Shown: piece after piece, positions 21,635 through 31,754 of the stretch
Layout: each line of letters opens with the position of its first letter
Numbering within the stretch: the stretch's first letter is position 1
From: Terriglobia bacterium
Lineage (GTDB): Bacteria > Acidobacteriota > Terriglobia > 20CM-2-55-15
Direction: 5' to 3'
Length of the DNA: 64,000 nt
NCBI GenBank assembly: GCA_965218585.1
Contig: CBDCLE010000003.1
Span: forward strand, 256,001-320,000
The notes under the pieces: model-generated
Database searches by the model: none
Told to the model about the DNA's origin: nothing
What the model saw: the letters and a program-made list of their open reading frames with translations, nothing else
Made by a program: the position numbers and the translations under genes

Positions 21635-21981
21635 ATGGCGCAAGAACACATCAAGCTGACCCGGTTCGCGATTTTATCTCTCAGGCTTCCATTCATATTC
21701 CTGGCAACAGCAGCCTTTGGGTCGGTGTCGCTCCTCGGGTCTCTATGGGATCGGAAGGGGCGGTTCCAGCACATGTGCTCCAGAGCATGGTCGCGCGTGG
21801 TGCTGCTTCTTTCCGGAGTTCGGTTGGCGATCGACGGTCTGGATCACCTCAAAGCAAAAATATGTGCATTGGGGGTGCGGTAGAGGTGACAATCGACCGG
21901 CCTGTTGCGTCAAATACAATGACGCCCGATGAGGTGGCGGGTAAAGTCCGGGAAGTTATGGTGCGTCGATTCGAAGCGTAG
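21635..21981 (+). pseudogene. Internally deleted 1-acyl-sn-glycerol-3-phosphate acyltransferase (PlsC-like) remnant
   Basis: A PlsC-like N-terminus (FQHMCSRAWSRVVLLLSGVRLAIDGLDHL) is joined out of frame to a PlsC-like C-terminus (GGAVEVTIDRPV...EVAGKVREVM). The NHxSxxD and FPEGTR catalytic core is absent. Confidence 0.65.
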
Positions 21982-22002
21982 TGTTCTGCCACGGACTGCT
22001 AT

Positions 22003-22728
22003 ATGAAGAAACCCTGGATTGGTATACCCACACAGTGCGACGAGGAAAATGGACGATACGGGCAGGACCGCCGCTATCTTGATGCTATCGAGTGGGCGGG
22101 AGGTCTGCCCTTGCTGATCCCGGTTCTGGGAGACACCGATGTGATTCGTAGTTATGCAGACCGGATCGACGGTCTGCTGTTGCCGGGAAGTTCGAATGAT
22201 GTCGATCCTGTAAATTACGATAGCGAACCTCACGAGCGAATCGGCCGGATATTCAGCGAAAGGGATCGATTGGACTTCACTCTGCTCGATATTGCTGACA
22301 ACCGAAATGTTCCCGTACTTGGGATATGCTACGGCGCACAGAGTCTCAATGTATTTCGGGGAGGTTCGCTGATTCAGGACATTCCATCCGAGATTCCAAA
22401 CGCTGTCTCTCACGACCGTGAAGGTCCACCCGAAGAAATCAAATCTCACGTGGTTCACGTCGAGCCCGAGAGTCAACTCGAAGGGGTCCTTCAAAGAGGG
22501 GAAGTCCAGGTGAACAGCTACCATCATCAGTCGATCGGCGAGCCGGGTCGTGATCTGCGGGTCGTTGCCATCGCGCCGGATGGAGTCGTCGAAGCGGTCG
22601 AAGACACGGGTAACCGGCTGGTCCTCGGCGTACAGTGGCATCCGGAGACGGGATGGCGCAGCGACCCCCTTGCAGGAGCTTTGTTCTCGGCTCTAGTGGA
22701 ATCCGCTATAATTGGTGATTCACCATGA
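22003..22728 (+). CDS. Class I glutamine amidotransferase, peptidase C26 / PuuD-like gamma-glutamyl hydrolase
   Basis: DGLLLPG, GICYGAQ (catalytic Cys), VNSYHHQ and GVQWHPE motifs. Confidence 0.92.
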   Translation: MKKPWIGIPTQCDEENGRYGQDRRYLDAIEWAGGLPLLIPVLGDTDVIRSYADRIDGLLLPGSSNDVDPVNYDSEPHERIGRIFSERDRLDFTLLDIADNRNVPVLGICYGAQSLNVFRGGSLIQDIPSEIPNAVSHDREGPPEEIKSHVVHVEPESQLEGVLQRGEVQVNSYHHQSIGEPGRDLRVVAIAPDGVVEAVEDTGNRLVLGVQWHPETGWRSDPLAGALFSALVESAIIGDSP

Positions 22729-23474
22729 GAAAAACTTATCTGTTGTCTGCATTTGCCTTAGGCTTAGGGGCCGTGCTACTGGTCCAGCCAAACGTGTCCT
22801 GGGCTCAGGAAGACGCTCGAGCGGTCTTGGATAGGGCCATAGAAACGCTGGGAGGCGAGACCTATCTGAACGTGACCGACATGGAAACCGACGGGCGCCT
22901 CTATCAGTTCCAACGGGGGGAACTCGTCGGGGCGGAGGTTTTTGCGGACTACGTTCAGTATCCGGACAAAGAACGAACAGAATTCGGGGAAGACGGCGAC
23001 ATTGTTCGCATTAACAATGGGCCGTCCGCAGGTTGGAACATAAACGACGGTGAAGTCGAAGAGCAACTCGAAGAACAGATGGAGGTTTTTTGGGAAGAAT
23101 TCAAGGTGAGCCTGGACCACGTGCTTCGTGTAGCCGTAGATCAGCCCGATACGACGCTCCAATACATCGGCCGTGAAATGATCGACTTCAAAAGAGTGGA
23201 CGTTCTGGAAATCCGTGACGAGGATCGAACCCGTATCAATCTCTACATCGATCGCGAAAGCGGGATTCTCATGAAGAAGACTGTGAGGCGTATCGACGAC
23301 CCCAGAATTCATGAAGAGGTTTACAGCAACTACCACGAGTTTCAGGGCGTACTGACCCCGTTGCTCATTGATCGGTATACCGATGGCCTCAAGACGCAGC
23401 AGATCCGATTCGACAACGTGTCCTACGATACTAATCCTCCGGACCGGTTGTTTACGGCGATGGTGGATGAATAG
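22725..23474 (+). CDS. Exported hypothetical protein, probable LolA-like beta-rich fold
   Basis: Signal peptide ending AQE; beta-rich pattern with YPDKER, LYIDRESG and YSNYHEF; ATGA overlap with the upstream gene. Confidence 0.6.
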   Translation: MRKTYLLSAFALGLGAVLLVQPNVSWAQEDARAVLDRAIETLGGETYLNVTDMETDGRLYQFQRGELVGAEVFADYVQYPDKERTEFGEDGDIVRINNGPSAGWNINDGEVEEQLEEQMEVFWEEFKVSLDHVLRVAVDQPDTTLQYIGREMIDFKRVDVLEIRDEDRTRINLYIDRESGILMKKTVRRIDDPRIHEEVYSNYHEFQGVLTPLLIDRYTDGLKTQQIRFDNVSYDTNPPDRLFTAMVDE

Positions 23475-23480
23475 CGCTTG

Positions 23481-24017
23481 ATGTCCTCCCAGACGCACTC
23501 CACCACCATCATCTGTGTCCGCAAGGACGGCAAAGTCGCTCTCGCCGGCGACGGTCAGGTCACTCTGGGCGACACGGTGATCAAACACGGTGCGAAGAAG
23601 ATCCGCCGCCTGTTTAACGATCGGATACTGGCGGCCTTTGCGGGTTCCTCGGCCGACAGTTTTGCCCTGTTTTCGAGATTCGAATCGAAACTGGAACAGT
23701 TTCAGGGGAACCTCGGCCGTGCCGCAGTCGAACTCGCCCGGGACTGGCGAACGGACAAGAGCCTGCGCCATTTGGAGGCCGTGATGATTGTGGCCGACGA
23801 AAAGATTACGTTCTTGATTTCTGGCACAGGAGACTTGATCGAGCCCGATGACGGCATGTTGGGTATAGGGTCCGGAGGGGCATACGCGCTCGCCGCGGCT
23901 CGAGCTCTGTCCAGCTTCTCTGATCTCGAGGCTCGTCAAATTGCTGAAGAAGCGCTCAAGATTGCAGCCGACATCTGTATCTATACGAATACCAGTGTGA
24001 CTGTCGAAGAACTCTAA
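23481..24017 (+). CDS. hslV: ATP-dependent protease HslVU, peptidase subunit
   Basis: [31 protein letters not shown] and DICIYTN motifs. Confidence 0.97.
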   Translation: MSSQTHSTTIICVRKDGKVALAGDGQVTLGDTVIKHGAKKIRRLFNDRILAAFAGSSADSFALFSRFESKLEQFQGNLGRAAVELARDWRTDKSLRHLEAVMIVADEKITFLISGTGDLIEPDDGMLGIGSGGAYALAAARALSSFSDLEARQIAEEALKIAADICIYTNTSVTVEEL

Positions 24018-24040
24018 ACGGGAGACACTTCCACTCTTTC

Positions 24041-25426
24041 ATGTTTGCATACGACGCAGCGCCGACACCGCACCTTGACGACCTGACTCCGAGGGAGACT
24101 GTTCGGGAGCTGGACAAATACGTCATCGGACAGGCCGCAGCGAAGCGAGCTGTTGCCATCGCATTGCGTAACAGGGTGCGCCGCCAGAAGCTTGCGCCCG
24201 AGATGGCTGAAGAGGTCATGCCCAAGAACATCATCATGATTGGGCCCACCGGAGTAGGGAAAACGGAAGTGGCTCGCCGCCTGGCCAAGCTTGCGAATTC
24301 TCCGTTTTTGAAAGTTGAGGCTTCCAAATTCACTGAAGTGGGCTATGTCGGGCGTGATGTCGAATCGATGATCCGGGATCTGGTTGAAATTTCGATTGAG
24401 ATGGTTCGCAACGAGAAAATCGAAGAGGTTGCCGAGAAAGCGGAACTCAATGCCGAGGAGAGAATTCTGGATCTCCTGTTGCCACCTATGCCGATCAGTT
24501 CCAGTGAGACAGACGTCGAAGAGCGGGAGCGGAATGCTGAACAGTGGAATCGAACTCGCGAAAAATTACGGTCTCAACTTCGAGACGGAAAGCTGGACGA
24601 CCGTACTGTTGAAGTCGAAGTGAAAGAACGGAATTTCCCGGCCTTTGAGGTCATATCCAACAGCGGTATCGAAGAGATGGATATCAATCTTAAGGATATC
24701 CTTCCCGGTTTTCTGGGTCAGCGAACGAAGAAGAGAAAGATGAAAGTGGCCGAAGCCATTGAATACCTCATCCAGGAAGAAGAACAAAAGCTCGTTGATA
24801 TGGAGCAGGTCAACCGGATCGCAGTCGAACGTGTGGAAAACAACGGTATCGTTTTTCTCGACGAGATTGACAAGATTGCGGGGCGCGAGTCCGGGCATGG
24901 ACCCGACGTGAGTCGCGAAGGCGTTCAACGGGACATCCTGCCTATTGTTGAGGGCACAACGATCAACACTCGGTACGGCATGATTCGGACCGACCACATT
25001 CTCTTCGTCGCGGCCGGGGCTTTCCACGTGAGTAAACCCTCCGACCTGATCCCGGAGTTGCAGGGCCGGTTTCCCATTCGCGTCGAATTGGAATCACTTT
25101 CGGTTGAAGATTTCGTCCGGATTCTCACCGAGCCGCAGAACGCACTGATCAAGCAGTACCGGGCACTAATGGAGACCGAAGGGATTCGGTTGTCGTTCAC
25201 CGATGAAGCCGTTTTCGAGATCGCCAGATTCGCGGCCCTGGTAAATGAAAACACCGAAAATATAGGCGCTCGACGTCTCCACACGATCATGGAAAAACTC
25301 CTGGACGAACTATCGTTTGAGGGGCCCGACCTGACCGAGAAGAACGTCAATGTAGATGCGGCCTACGTCGGGAAAATGCTCAACGAGATCGTTAAGGACC
25401 AGGACTTGAGCCGCTACATTCTGTAG
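24041..25426 (+). CDS. hslU: ATP-dependent protease HslVU, ATPase subunit
   Basis: [50 protein letters not shown] motifs and C-terminal DLSRYIL. Confidence 0.98.
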   Translation: MFAYDAAPTPHLDDLTPRETVRELDKYVIGQAAAKRAVAIALRNRVRRQKLAPEMAEEVMPKNIIMIGPTGVGKTEVARRLAKLANSPFLKVEASKFTEVGYVGRDVESMIRDLVEISIEMVRNEKIEEVAEKAELNAEERILDLLLPPMPISSSETDVEERERNAEQWNRTREKLRSQLRDGKLDDRTVEVEVKERNFPAFEVISNSGIEEMDINLKDILPGFLGQRTKKRKMKVAEAIEYLIQEEEQKLVDMEQVNRIAVERVENNGIVFLDEIDKIAGRESGHGPDVSREGVQRDILPIVEGTTINTRYGMIRTDHILFVAAGAFHVSKPSDLIPELQGRFPIRVELESLSVEDFVRILTEPQNALIKQYRALMETEGIRLSFTDEAVFEIARFAALVNENTENIGARRLHTIMEKLLDELSFEGPDLTEKNVNVDAAYVGKMLNEIVKDQDLSRYIL

Positions 25427-25438
25427 CCGAACTTCCCG

Positions 25439-26410
25439 GTGAGAACACGATCCATTCCAGCCCCGTTGAGGGTTTGGCCAACCTGTATCCTGGTTGTCTT
25501 GACCGGACTCGGATGCGGAAAGGTGGGCGATCCCCTGCCTCCCTTTGTAAGCATTCCAGAGATTGCCGGTGACTTTGCGGTCGAACAGGTGGGCTACGGA
25601 CTTCTTTTTTCGTGGACCAATCCTTCCAGAAACGTTGACCAGTCGGCTTCTATCGACCTGGACAGAGCCTTAATCCGGGAAAATGAAACTGTGGTTGCCG
25701 ACCTTGCCGTATCCGGACCTGGCGAGAGGCAGTCGGAGACGTTGGATGCGAGGGATCTGGTGGGGTCCACGCGGGAGTACACGATCTCTTTCGAGACCCT
25801 CTCCCAGAGAGTTTCCGCACCGTCTTCCCCCGTTCGAGTGACCGTCATCGAAGTCCCGGGGCCCGGCACAAGTGTACGTGCTACGGTTGATCAGAACCGA
25901 ATTCTTCTGGAGTGGGACCCACCTCGAAACGGTGCCCAGATCACGGACGGTTATCGTGTCTATCGTTCTGACGAGACCATCACCGGCGATGCTCCATTGA
26001 GCGCCCGCCGTTTTGAAGATACCCGCTACGTGGAGGGTGAGACCTATACTTATACCGTTTTACCTTTGCGTCTCGGTGGGTCGGGTCTGATGATATCCGG
26101 TTTGTCTTATGACGCTCTGTCCGTGACGGCAGTTGACGTCACGCCTCCAGAGGCTCCTACGGGTCTTTCGCTGACGCCCTTTGCGGGCGGTGTCTTCGTC
26201 CGCTGGCAATCCAATCCTGAACTCGACGTCGTGCGGTATAACGTATTCAGACGTGACAACCCCGGTGGAGAATTCCGTAGTGTGAGCCCTCCCGAACAAG
26301 CCACAAACGCCTTTCAAGACGCTGAATATCAACCCGGCTTCGTTTACTCGGTCACCGCCTTGGACCGATCAGGAAACGAGAGCGAGCTTTCGATATCGAT
26401 CAATGAATGA
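25439..26410 (+). CDS. Fibronectin type III domain lipoprotein
   Basis: Lipobox LGC followed by GKVGDPLPP; FN3-like motifs (LEWDPP...GYRVYR, DVTPPEAPTGL, YSVTALDRSGNES). Confidence 0.78.
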   Translation: MRTRSIPAPLRVWPTCILVVLTGLGCGKVGDPLPPFVSIPEIAGDFAVEQVGYGLLFSWTNPSRNVDQSASIDLDRALIRENETVVADLAVSGPGERQSETLDARDLVGSTREYTISFETLSQRVSAPSSPVRVTVIEVPGPGTSVRATVDQNRILLEWDPPRNGAQITDGYRVYRSDETITGDAPLSARRFEDTRYVEGETYTYTVLPLRLGGSGLMISGLSYDALSVTAVDVTPPEAPTGLSLTPFAGGVFVRWQSNPELDVVRYNVFRRDNPGGEFRSVSPPEQATNAFQDAEYQPGFVYSVTALDRSGNESELSISINE

Positions 26411-26506
26411 TTCTTCGAAAATTGGGTAGAATAGGCGTGAGGGCCTACGATCAAGCAACCATCCCGCAGCCCACCGGCGAGGAGCTGCAGAAGGAGGATC
26501 CGGGAC

Positions 26507-27163
26507 ATGAAATTCTTCCTCGACACAGCCAACCTGGACGAAATCCGCGAGGCCGCCAGTACGGGTATTCTGGACGGCGTTACGACTAACCCCTCCCTGA
26601 TTGCGAAGGAAGGGAATGATTTTGAAGACCAGTTGCTCAAGATCTGCTCGGTAGTCGATGGTCCCGTAAGTGCCGAGGCCGTCAGTCTAGAGGCCACAGG
26701 CATGATCGAGGAAGGCCGTAGTCTCGCGCGGGTCCATCCCAACATCATCGTCAAGTTTCCCTTTACGATGGAGGGTCTCAAGGCTACTAAGACGTTGAGC
26801 GACGAAAACATCGGGGTCAATGTGACTCTGGTGTTCTCAGCGCCACAGGCCATAATGGCAGCCAAGGCTGGCGCCCGCTTCGTCAGCCCGTTCGTTGGTC
26901 GGCTGGACGATATTTCTCAGGAAGGAATGTCGTTAATCGCCGATATCGTCACAATATTCGACAACTACGATTACAGTACCGAAGTCCTGACGGCTTCGAT
27001 TCGAGGTCCGATGCATCTGGTCCAGGCAGCCCGACTCGGTGCGGACGTCTGCACGATACCCTTCAAGGTTTTCGTTCAACTTATGAAGCATCCCTTGACT
27101 GATATAGGAATAGAACGCTTCCTGAAAGACTGGGAAAAGATGCAGGTACCGGTAGAAAAGTAG
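26507..27163 (+). CDS. fsa: Transaldolase / fructose-6-phosphate aldolase family protein
   Basis: [32 protein letters not shown] and HPLTD motifs; AGGAGG Shine-Dalgarno. Confidence 0.93.
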   Translation: MKFFLDTANLDEIREAASTGILDGVTTNPSLIAKEGNDFEDQLLKICSVVDGPVSAEAVSLEATGMIEEGRSLARVHPNIIVKFPFTMEGLKATKTLSDENIGVNVTLVFSAPQAIMAAKAGARFVSPFVGRLDDISQEGMSLIADIVTIFDNYDYSTEVLTASIRGPMHLVQAARLGADVCTIPFKVFVQLMKHPLTDIGIERFLKDWEKMQVPVEK

Positions 27164-27206
27164 TTTCGCCGTTCAGTCGGAAGTTAAGCACAACATCTGT
27201 GAAGCG

Positions 27207-29084
27207 ATGGCAATGCGAGTGTTAGCTACCCTGGCGGCGTTGCTGCTGGGGGTCAACGCGGCCAGGGCCCAGGAGCGGTGGCTTGAACTGCGTTCCGAGC
27301 ACTACACGTTTGTTGGTAACGTCGATGACGATGACCTCCTGGATGTAGCGACACGCCTTGAGGCCTTTCACTCAGGAGTGTCAGAGCTCTTCAGCAATCG
27401 TCAGTATCCCCAGCTGGGCCCCTTGACGGTGATAGTCGTAGATGACGACGATCAGCTGGAAGAACTGGGTCTGGAAGGCAGCGATGGATACTTCCTACCC
27501 GACGAGGATGAAGACTATGTTGCTACGCGAACGGAATCTAATCGCCGGAGACCTTTCGATATCGTCTTTCATGATTATTTTCATAAGATCGCTGATCGGA
27601 GTATTCCAAACGCTCCGCTGTGGCTTGTTGAGGGCCTGGCCCAGTTCTACCAGACCGTTGTATGGTCGGCGGACGGCGGACAACTTCAGATTGGACGTCC
27701 AATCGATTCCCTGGTGAGGCTTGTCCGCGATGAGGAAGCCCGGCTGACCTTCGATGAGCTTTTCGCCCTCGGCCCCGATTCGAGTTCTTATGATGAGGCC
27801 CGGAGGGAAGACATCTTCCACGCCCAGACGTGGGCCTTCGTTCACTTCCTCATGACCCGGAACCAGGGACAGAGTTATGCTGGGATGATACGTTTCGTTC
27901 GGCTGATGGCTTCGGGAGACTCTTTCGAGGAAGCCGTAGATGATGCGTTCGAATTGAACTTTCGAACCTTGCTCGGCGAATTCGAAAACAACGTGGCGCA
28001 GCGCGGAACGTATCCCTACCTTACCTTGGCGGTGGAAAACTCATCGCGTGGCGTCGGTCCCGCTGAGCCGGTTGGAATTTCTCCGGCCGAAACCGAGACA
28101 CAGCTCGCGGAGTTGTTGATTCACCAGGGAGCGCTGGAGGAGGCGGAGCAGCGCCTCCAACAGGCGATTGAAATGGATTTCGGCGCCACAGCCCCCAGGG
28201 TTGTGATGGGGCGACTCCTGATCGACCAAGCTCGATTTGAGGAAGCCCGGGTCGGTCTGGAACCCCTCGTAGGCGGAAGCAATACCGATTCTCTAAGCCA
28301 CTACTACTATGCGCTTTCACTCCTTGGCCCTGGACTCACCGGTTCCGAGTCACTGGAAGAAGTCAGACGAGAGTTGCGCGAGGCGATCCGATTGGATCCC
28401 CGGTTTGCGGACAGCTACCACGAATTGGCGCTCAGTTACCTGAATGCGAATGAAAACCTGGACGAAGCTGCCGAGCTTTTGGACACTGCACTGGAACTCA
28501 GGCCCCGCGATCCCGATTTCCGGATCAGCCTTGGCCAGGTCTTCATTGAACAGGAACGCTTCAACGATGTTCGAACGCTTCTCACCCCGATGGTTGACGG
28601 GATCGAGCTTCCGGACATACAGAACCGGGCGCGGTCTATCCTGCAATCGATCGAGGGCCTGGAAGGTAGTCGTGGTGTGATCGGAGATGGTTTTACCGAG
28701 ATCACGCGGGCTGATCCGGAGCCCGGCGAACTCGAAGAGGTTAACCCGGAAGGTTCCCAAGAGCCGTCTGCCGCGAGTGTGGGATTCGACCGGTTCGAGT
28801 TGACCCGCATCGTGTCGGGTCAACAGCAAGAAGGCCTCCTGAGCCTGATCGATTGCCGGGAAGGCCTGACGCTGACGCTGGAAGCCGATTCGGGCACCTA
28901 TCTGTTTCATACCGATTCTCCAGAGAGGGTTGAGTTTGCCACCTTCACTTCTGACGTCGGCGCCGAGGTGCGTTGCGGGCCTTTGGATCCGCCAGTTTCC
29001 GTCGTCATTACCTTCAATGAAGCTCCTGAAGGTAGCGAGTTCGCCGGCTCACCGGATAAAGTCGAATTCGTAGAGGGTCAATGA
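27207..29084 (+). CDS. Exported DUF1570/gluzincin-like domain plus TPR protein
   Basis: Signal peptide; W..L.SEHY motif; degenerate zincin motif HDYFH followed by PLWLVEGLAQF; multiple TPRs; C-terminal domain with a Cys pair. Confidence 0.75.
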   Translation: MAMRVLATLAALLLGVNAARAQERWLELRSEHYTFVGNVDDDDLLDVATRLEAFHSGVSELFSNRQYPQLGPLTVIVVDDDDQLEELGLEGSDGYFLPDEDEDYVATRTESNRRRPFDIVFHDYFHKIADRSIPNAPLWLVEGLAQFYQTVVWSADGGQLQIGRPIDSLVRLVRDEEARLTFDELFALGPDSSSYDEARREDIFHAQTWAFVHFLMTRNQGQSYAGMIRFVRLMASGDSFEEAVDDAFELNFRTLLGEFENNVAQRGTYPYLTLAVENSSRGVGPAEPVGISPAETETQLAELLIHQGALEEAEQRLQQAIEMDFGATAPRVVMGRLLIDQARFEEARVGLEPLVGGSNTDSLSHYYYALSLLGPGLTGSESLEEVRRELREAIRLDPRFADSYHELALSYLNANENLDEAAELLDTALELRPRDPDFRISLGQVFIEQERFNDVRTLLTPMVDGIELPDIQNRARSILQSIEGLEGSRGVIGDGFTEITRADPEPGELEEVNPEGSQEPSAASVGFDRFELTRIVSGQQQEGLLSLIDCREGLTLTLEADSGTYLFHTDSPERVEFATFTSDVGAEVRCGPLDPPVSVVITFNEAPEGSEFAGSPDKVEFVEGQ

Positions 29085-30904
29085 GTAGCGGGCCGGTAAG
29101 AACTAAGTTGCGCTCGAGAATTCGAGACATGCAACCCAACAGATCCATCCTGGCTGCGGCCTTGCTAACTGGGCTGCTCGTGTTACCGGTTGGGCTCCAG
29201 GCACAGACGGAATGGATTGCTCTCGGTTCGGAACACTTCCTTCTCTACACCGAGACCAACGCCAACAAGGGGGGCCGGCTTCTTGCGGACCTCGAAGAGC
29301 GCTACCAGGCGTTTTATCGCGTCTTCTATCCGTTGGAATCGAGAGCCTCGCATATTCGAATTGTGTTGTTCGACAACAGGCAGAACTTTCTGGAGTGGGT
29401 ACCGGAGGCCTTGACGATCCACGATAAGGCCGCGTTTCTCGTTCAAGGAAGTGGTGGTCCCTTTGTGCTCGCACGCGACAGTTCGCCTGAATCCATAGCA
29501 GACGACGTGGGGCATTCGCTGGGACACCTGCTTTTGTCGCGAGCTGTCTTATGGCAACCCTTCTGGCTGCAAGAGGGGGTAGGCGAGTACTTGAGGCGAC
29601 TCGGCCGTGGCGGGGGCGAGGACGCGCTGTCTCGTGCAGAGGGATTTTCTCTTACAGATGTCTTAGAGATTGTACCCAGCCAGGGTTACGACGACCTTGA
29701 TGAAGGAGGCGTGTTCCGACGTCAGTCCTACCACTTGCTTCGTGTTCTCGTGGATCGGCATCCGGAGCAGCTGGGCGCTTATCTGGCGTCGCTCGGGCAA
29801 GAAGACGGATCCGATTCGGTCCCTACTTTGGATGGACTGGAAGACGAATTGTTTCAGTATGAGGACTCGGCCTTACCTCTCACGATCACCAATTCGGACT
29901 TCCAGGCCACGCCCGTCGGGGCCGGGGAACTTGACGCCATGTTGGGAGACCTTGCTGCCTCTGCCGGATTCGAGCGTCGCGCCAGAGATTCCTATGCACA
30001 GAGCCCGGTAGAAGCCGCCCGCATCGGTTTGGCCAGGTTCGACCAGGGTCGAGCCGGGTCAGGAGGGCGCCAGACCTTTGAACGACTTGTGGTGGATTTC
30101 CCAGAGTCGGGGCTCGCTCACTACTATCTGGGAATCCTGGAGCCGGAAACAGATGAGGATCTCAAGACGCAGATTGCTGCGCTCGAGCGTGCCGTTCGAT
30201 TGATGCCACGGTCGGGACAGGCGCGGGCGGAGCTGGGTTGGTTATATGCCCTGGATGAGAGACCCTCTGAGACAAGGACACTGATCGAGGAAGCGTTGGA
30301 ACTGGAGCCTGAATTTGGAGATCGTTTCTACCAGATACTCGCTGAGGTTCGAATGCGTCTTGGCGATTATGACGCTGCCCGAGAGTACATCCAGATAGCC
30401 GCCTCCCTTCCCCATTCTCCTCTCTCGTCACGGGAACGTCCCGAGCGGCTTGCACCGGACTTCTATCGGGAGATCGAGTCGCGTCGCCGTGAAGAGGAAG
30501 CTGAACGTTTAGATGACCTGAGGACCGAGGTCGAGGCCCTGGTGGACCGGGTCGATCCGAGACCTGTTCCCGTTGCCCGGGCGCCCGCACCTGTCGGTCG
30601 GATCAGTTACTCGATAAGGTCTGGTGCAGGCGAGGAGATAACGGCTCCCGAGATAAGGGAGGCACCGATGCCCGATTATACGATTGATCTGAGGCGTCGG
30701 GGTGTCGAGGGAAGGGTCGTTTTGGAAGTTGATCTGGATCGCAGGGGAAGGATCTCGGATCTGCGTGTCCGGAGTTCTGAGGATCTCGCGCTGTCGGAGG
30801 CCGCTCTCGAGGCCGTCAGCACGTGGCAGTTTGATCCCGCCAGGCGAGGTTTTGAGTCGACGACGTACTCGTTTCGGCTGACAATGACCTTCTATCTGGA
30901 ATAG
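29081..30904 (+). CDS. Exported gluzincin-like plus TPR plus TonB C-terminal domain protein
   Basis: Signal peptide (start possibly ATG 29129); W..L.SEHF; HSLGH...PFWLQEGVGE; TPRs; C-terminal P.Y....RRGVEGRVVLEV...AALEAVSTWQFDPA TonB_C signature. Confidence 0.78.
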   Translation: MSSGPVRTKLRSRIRDMQPNRSILAAALLTGLLVLPVGLQAQTEWIALGSEHFLLYTETNANKGGRLLADLEERYQAFYRVFYPLESRASHIRIVLFDNRQNFLEWVPEALTIHDKAAFLVQGSGGPFVLARDSSPESIADDVGHSLGHLLLSRAVLWQPFWLQEGVGEYLRRLGRGGGEDALSRAEGFSLTDVLEIVPSQGYDDLDEGGVFRRQSYHLLRVLVDRHPEQLGAYLASLGQEDGSDSVPTLDGLEDELFQYEDSALPLTITNSDFQATPVGAGELDAMLGDLAASAGFERRARDSYAQSPVEAARIGLARFDQGRAGSGGRQTFERLVVDFPESGLAHYYLGILEPETDEDLKTQIAALERAVRLMPRSGQARAELGWLYALDERPSETRTLIEEALELEPEFGDRFYQILAEVRMRLGDYDAAREYIQIAASLPHSPLSSRERPERLAPDFYREIESRRREEEAERLDDLRTEVEALVDRVDPRPVPVARAPAPVGRISYSIRSGAGEEITAPEIREAPMPDYTIDLRRRGVEGRVVLEVDLDRRGRISDLRVRSSEDLALSEAALEAVSTWQFDPARRGFESTTYSFRLTMTFYLE

Positions 30905-30947
30905 AGACAGCTTCGCCTTCTTTTTTTGTCGCTGAAGAGCTTATTGA

Positions 30948-31754
30948 ATGACCTTGCGAAACGTCTGGTTTTTTCTGATCCGGTTGAAGGCCAACCGCAA
31001 CCTCTTACGCAATCTGGTCGTCCGCGATCTGAAGCATCGCTATGTTGGCTCGGTTGGGGGATTCTTCTGGTCAGTGATCCATCCCATCGTACTTCTCATC
31101 TGTTATTACTTCGTCCTGACGGTGGTTATGGGCATGCGTCTGGGCGAGGAATACGCAACGCAGAACTACGCGCTCTATCTTTTCTGCGGGATATTGCCGT
31201 GGTTGATGTTTCAGGAAACAGTGTTACGGAACTGTACGTCGGTGACCGACAACGCCAGCCTGATCACAAAGACCATCATTCCTTCTGAAATCCTGCCGAT
31301 GTCAGTCATGATTTCGAACCTGATTCATCATCTGATTGGTCTCGCCATCTTGATAGGCGCGCTCCTGCTGTTCCACACAGTGGAGCTGTCCATCCTTTGG
31401 GTGTTTGCCTACATGCCGATTCTGATCCTTCTCGCGCAGGGACTGGGTTGGCTCGTCTCGAGTCTTAACGTGTTCTTCCGGGATACCAGCCAGATATTGA
31501 CCGTGACAATGATTTTCTGGTTTTGGTTTACACCGATTTTTTATCCTCCAGAACTCGTGCCTGAACGTTTCCAGTTGATCTTGGCTGTGAATCCGATGGC
31601 GACGCTCGTTAGCGGATACAGGAATGCCTTTTTGCAGATGCAACCTCCTGGCCTGGATCACATCCTGATCCTTCTGGGCTGGACTGGGGTTATCTTTCTG
31701 GTGGGGGCCTTGTTCTTCCGCCAGTCCAAGGCGGCCTTCGCTGACGTGTTGTAG
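30948..31754 (+). CDS. wzm: ABC-2 polysaccharide export permease (Wzm/RfbA type)
   Basis: RDLKHRYVGSVGGFFW, CGILPW, LNVFFRD, TPIFYP, NPM and FADVL motifs. Confidence 0.92.
   Translation: MTLRNVWFFLIRLKANRNLLRNLVVRDLKHRYVGSVGGFFWSVIHPIVLLICYYFVLTVVMGMRLGEEYATQNYALYLFCGILPWLMFQETVLRNCTSVTDNASLITKTIIPSEILPMSVMISNLIHHLIGLAILIGALLLFHTVELSILWVFAYMPILILLAQGLGWLVSSLNVFFRDTSQILTVTMIFWFWFTPIFYPPELVPERFQLILAVNPMATLVSGYRNAFLQMQPPGLDHILILLGWTGVIFLVGALFFRQSKAAFADVL

Noticed and set aside
22776-23939. 387-aa antisense ORF
   Set aside because: Shadow of hslV and the upstream gene on the opposite strand, with no recognisable motifs.
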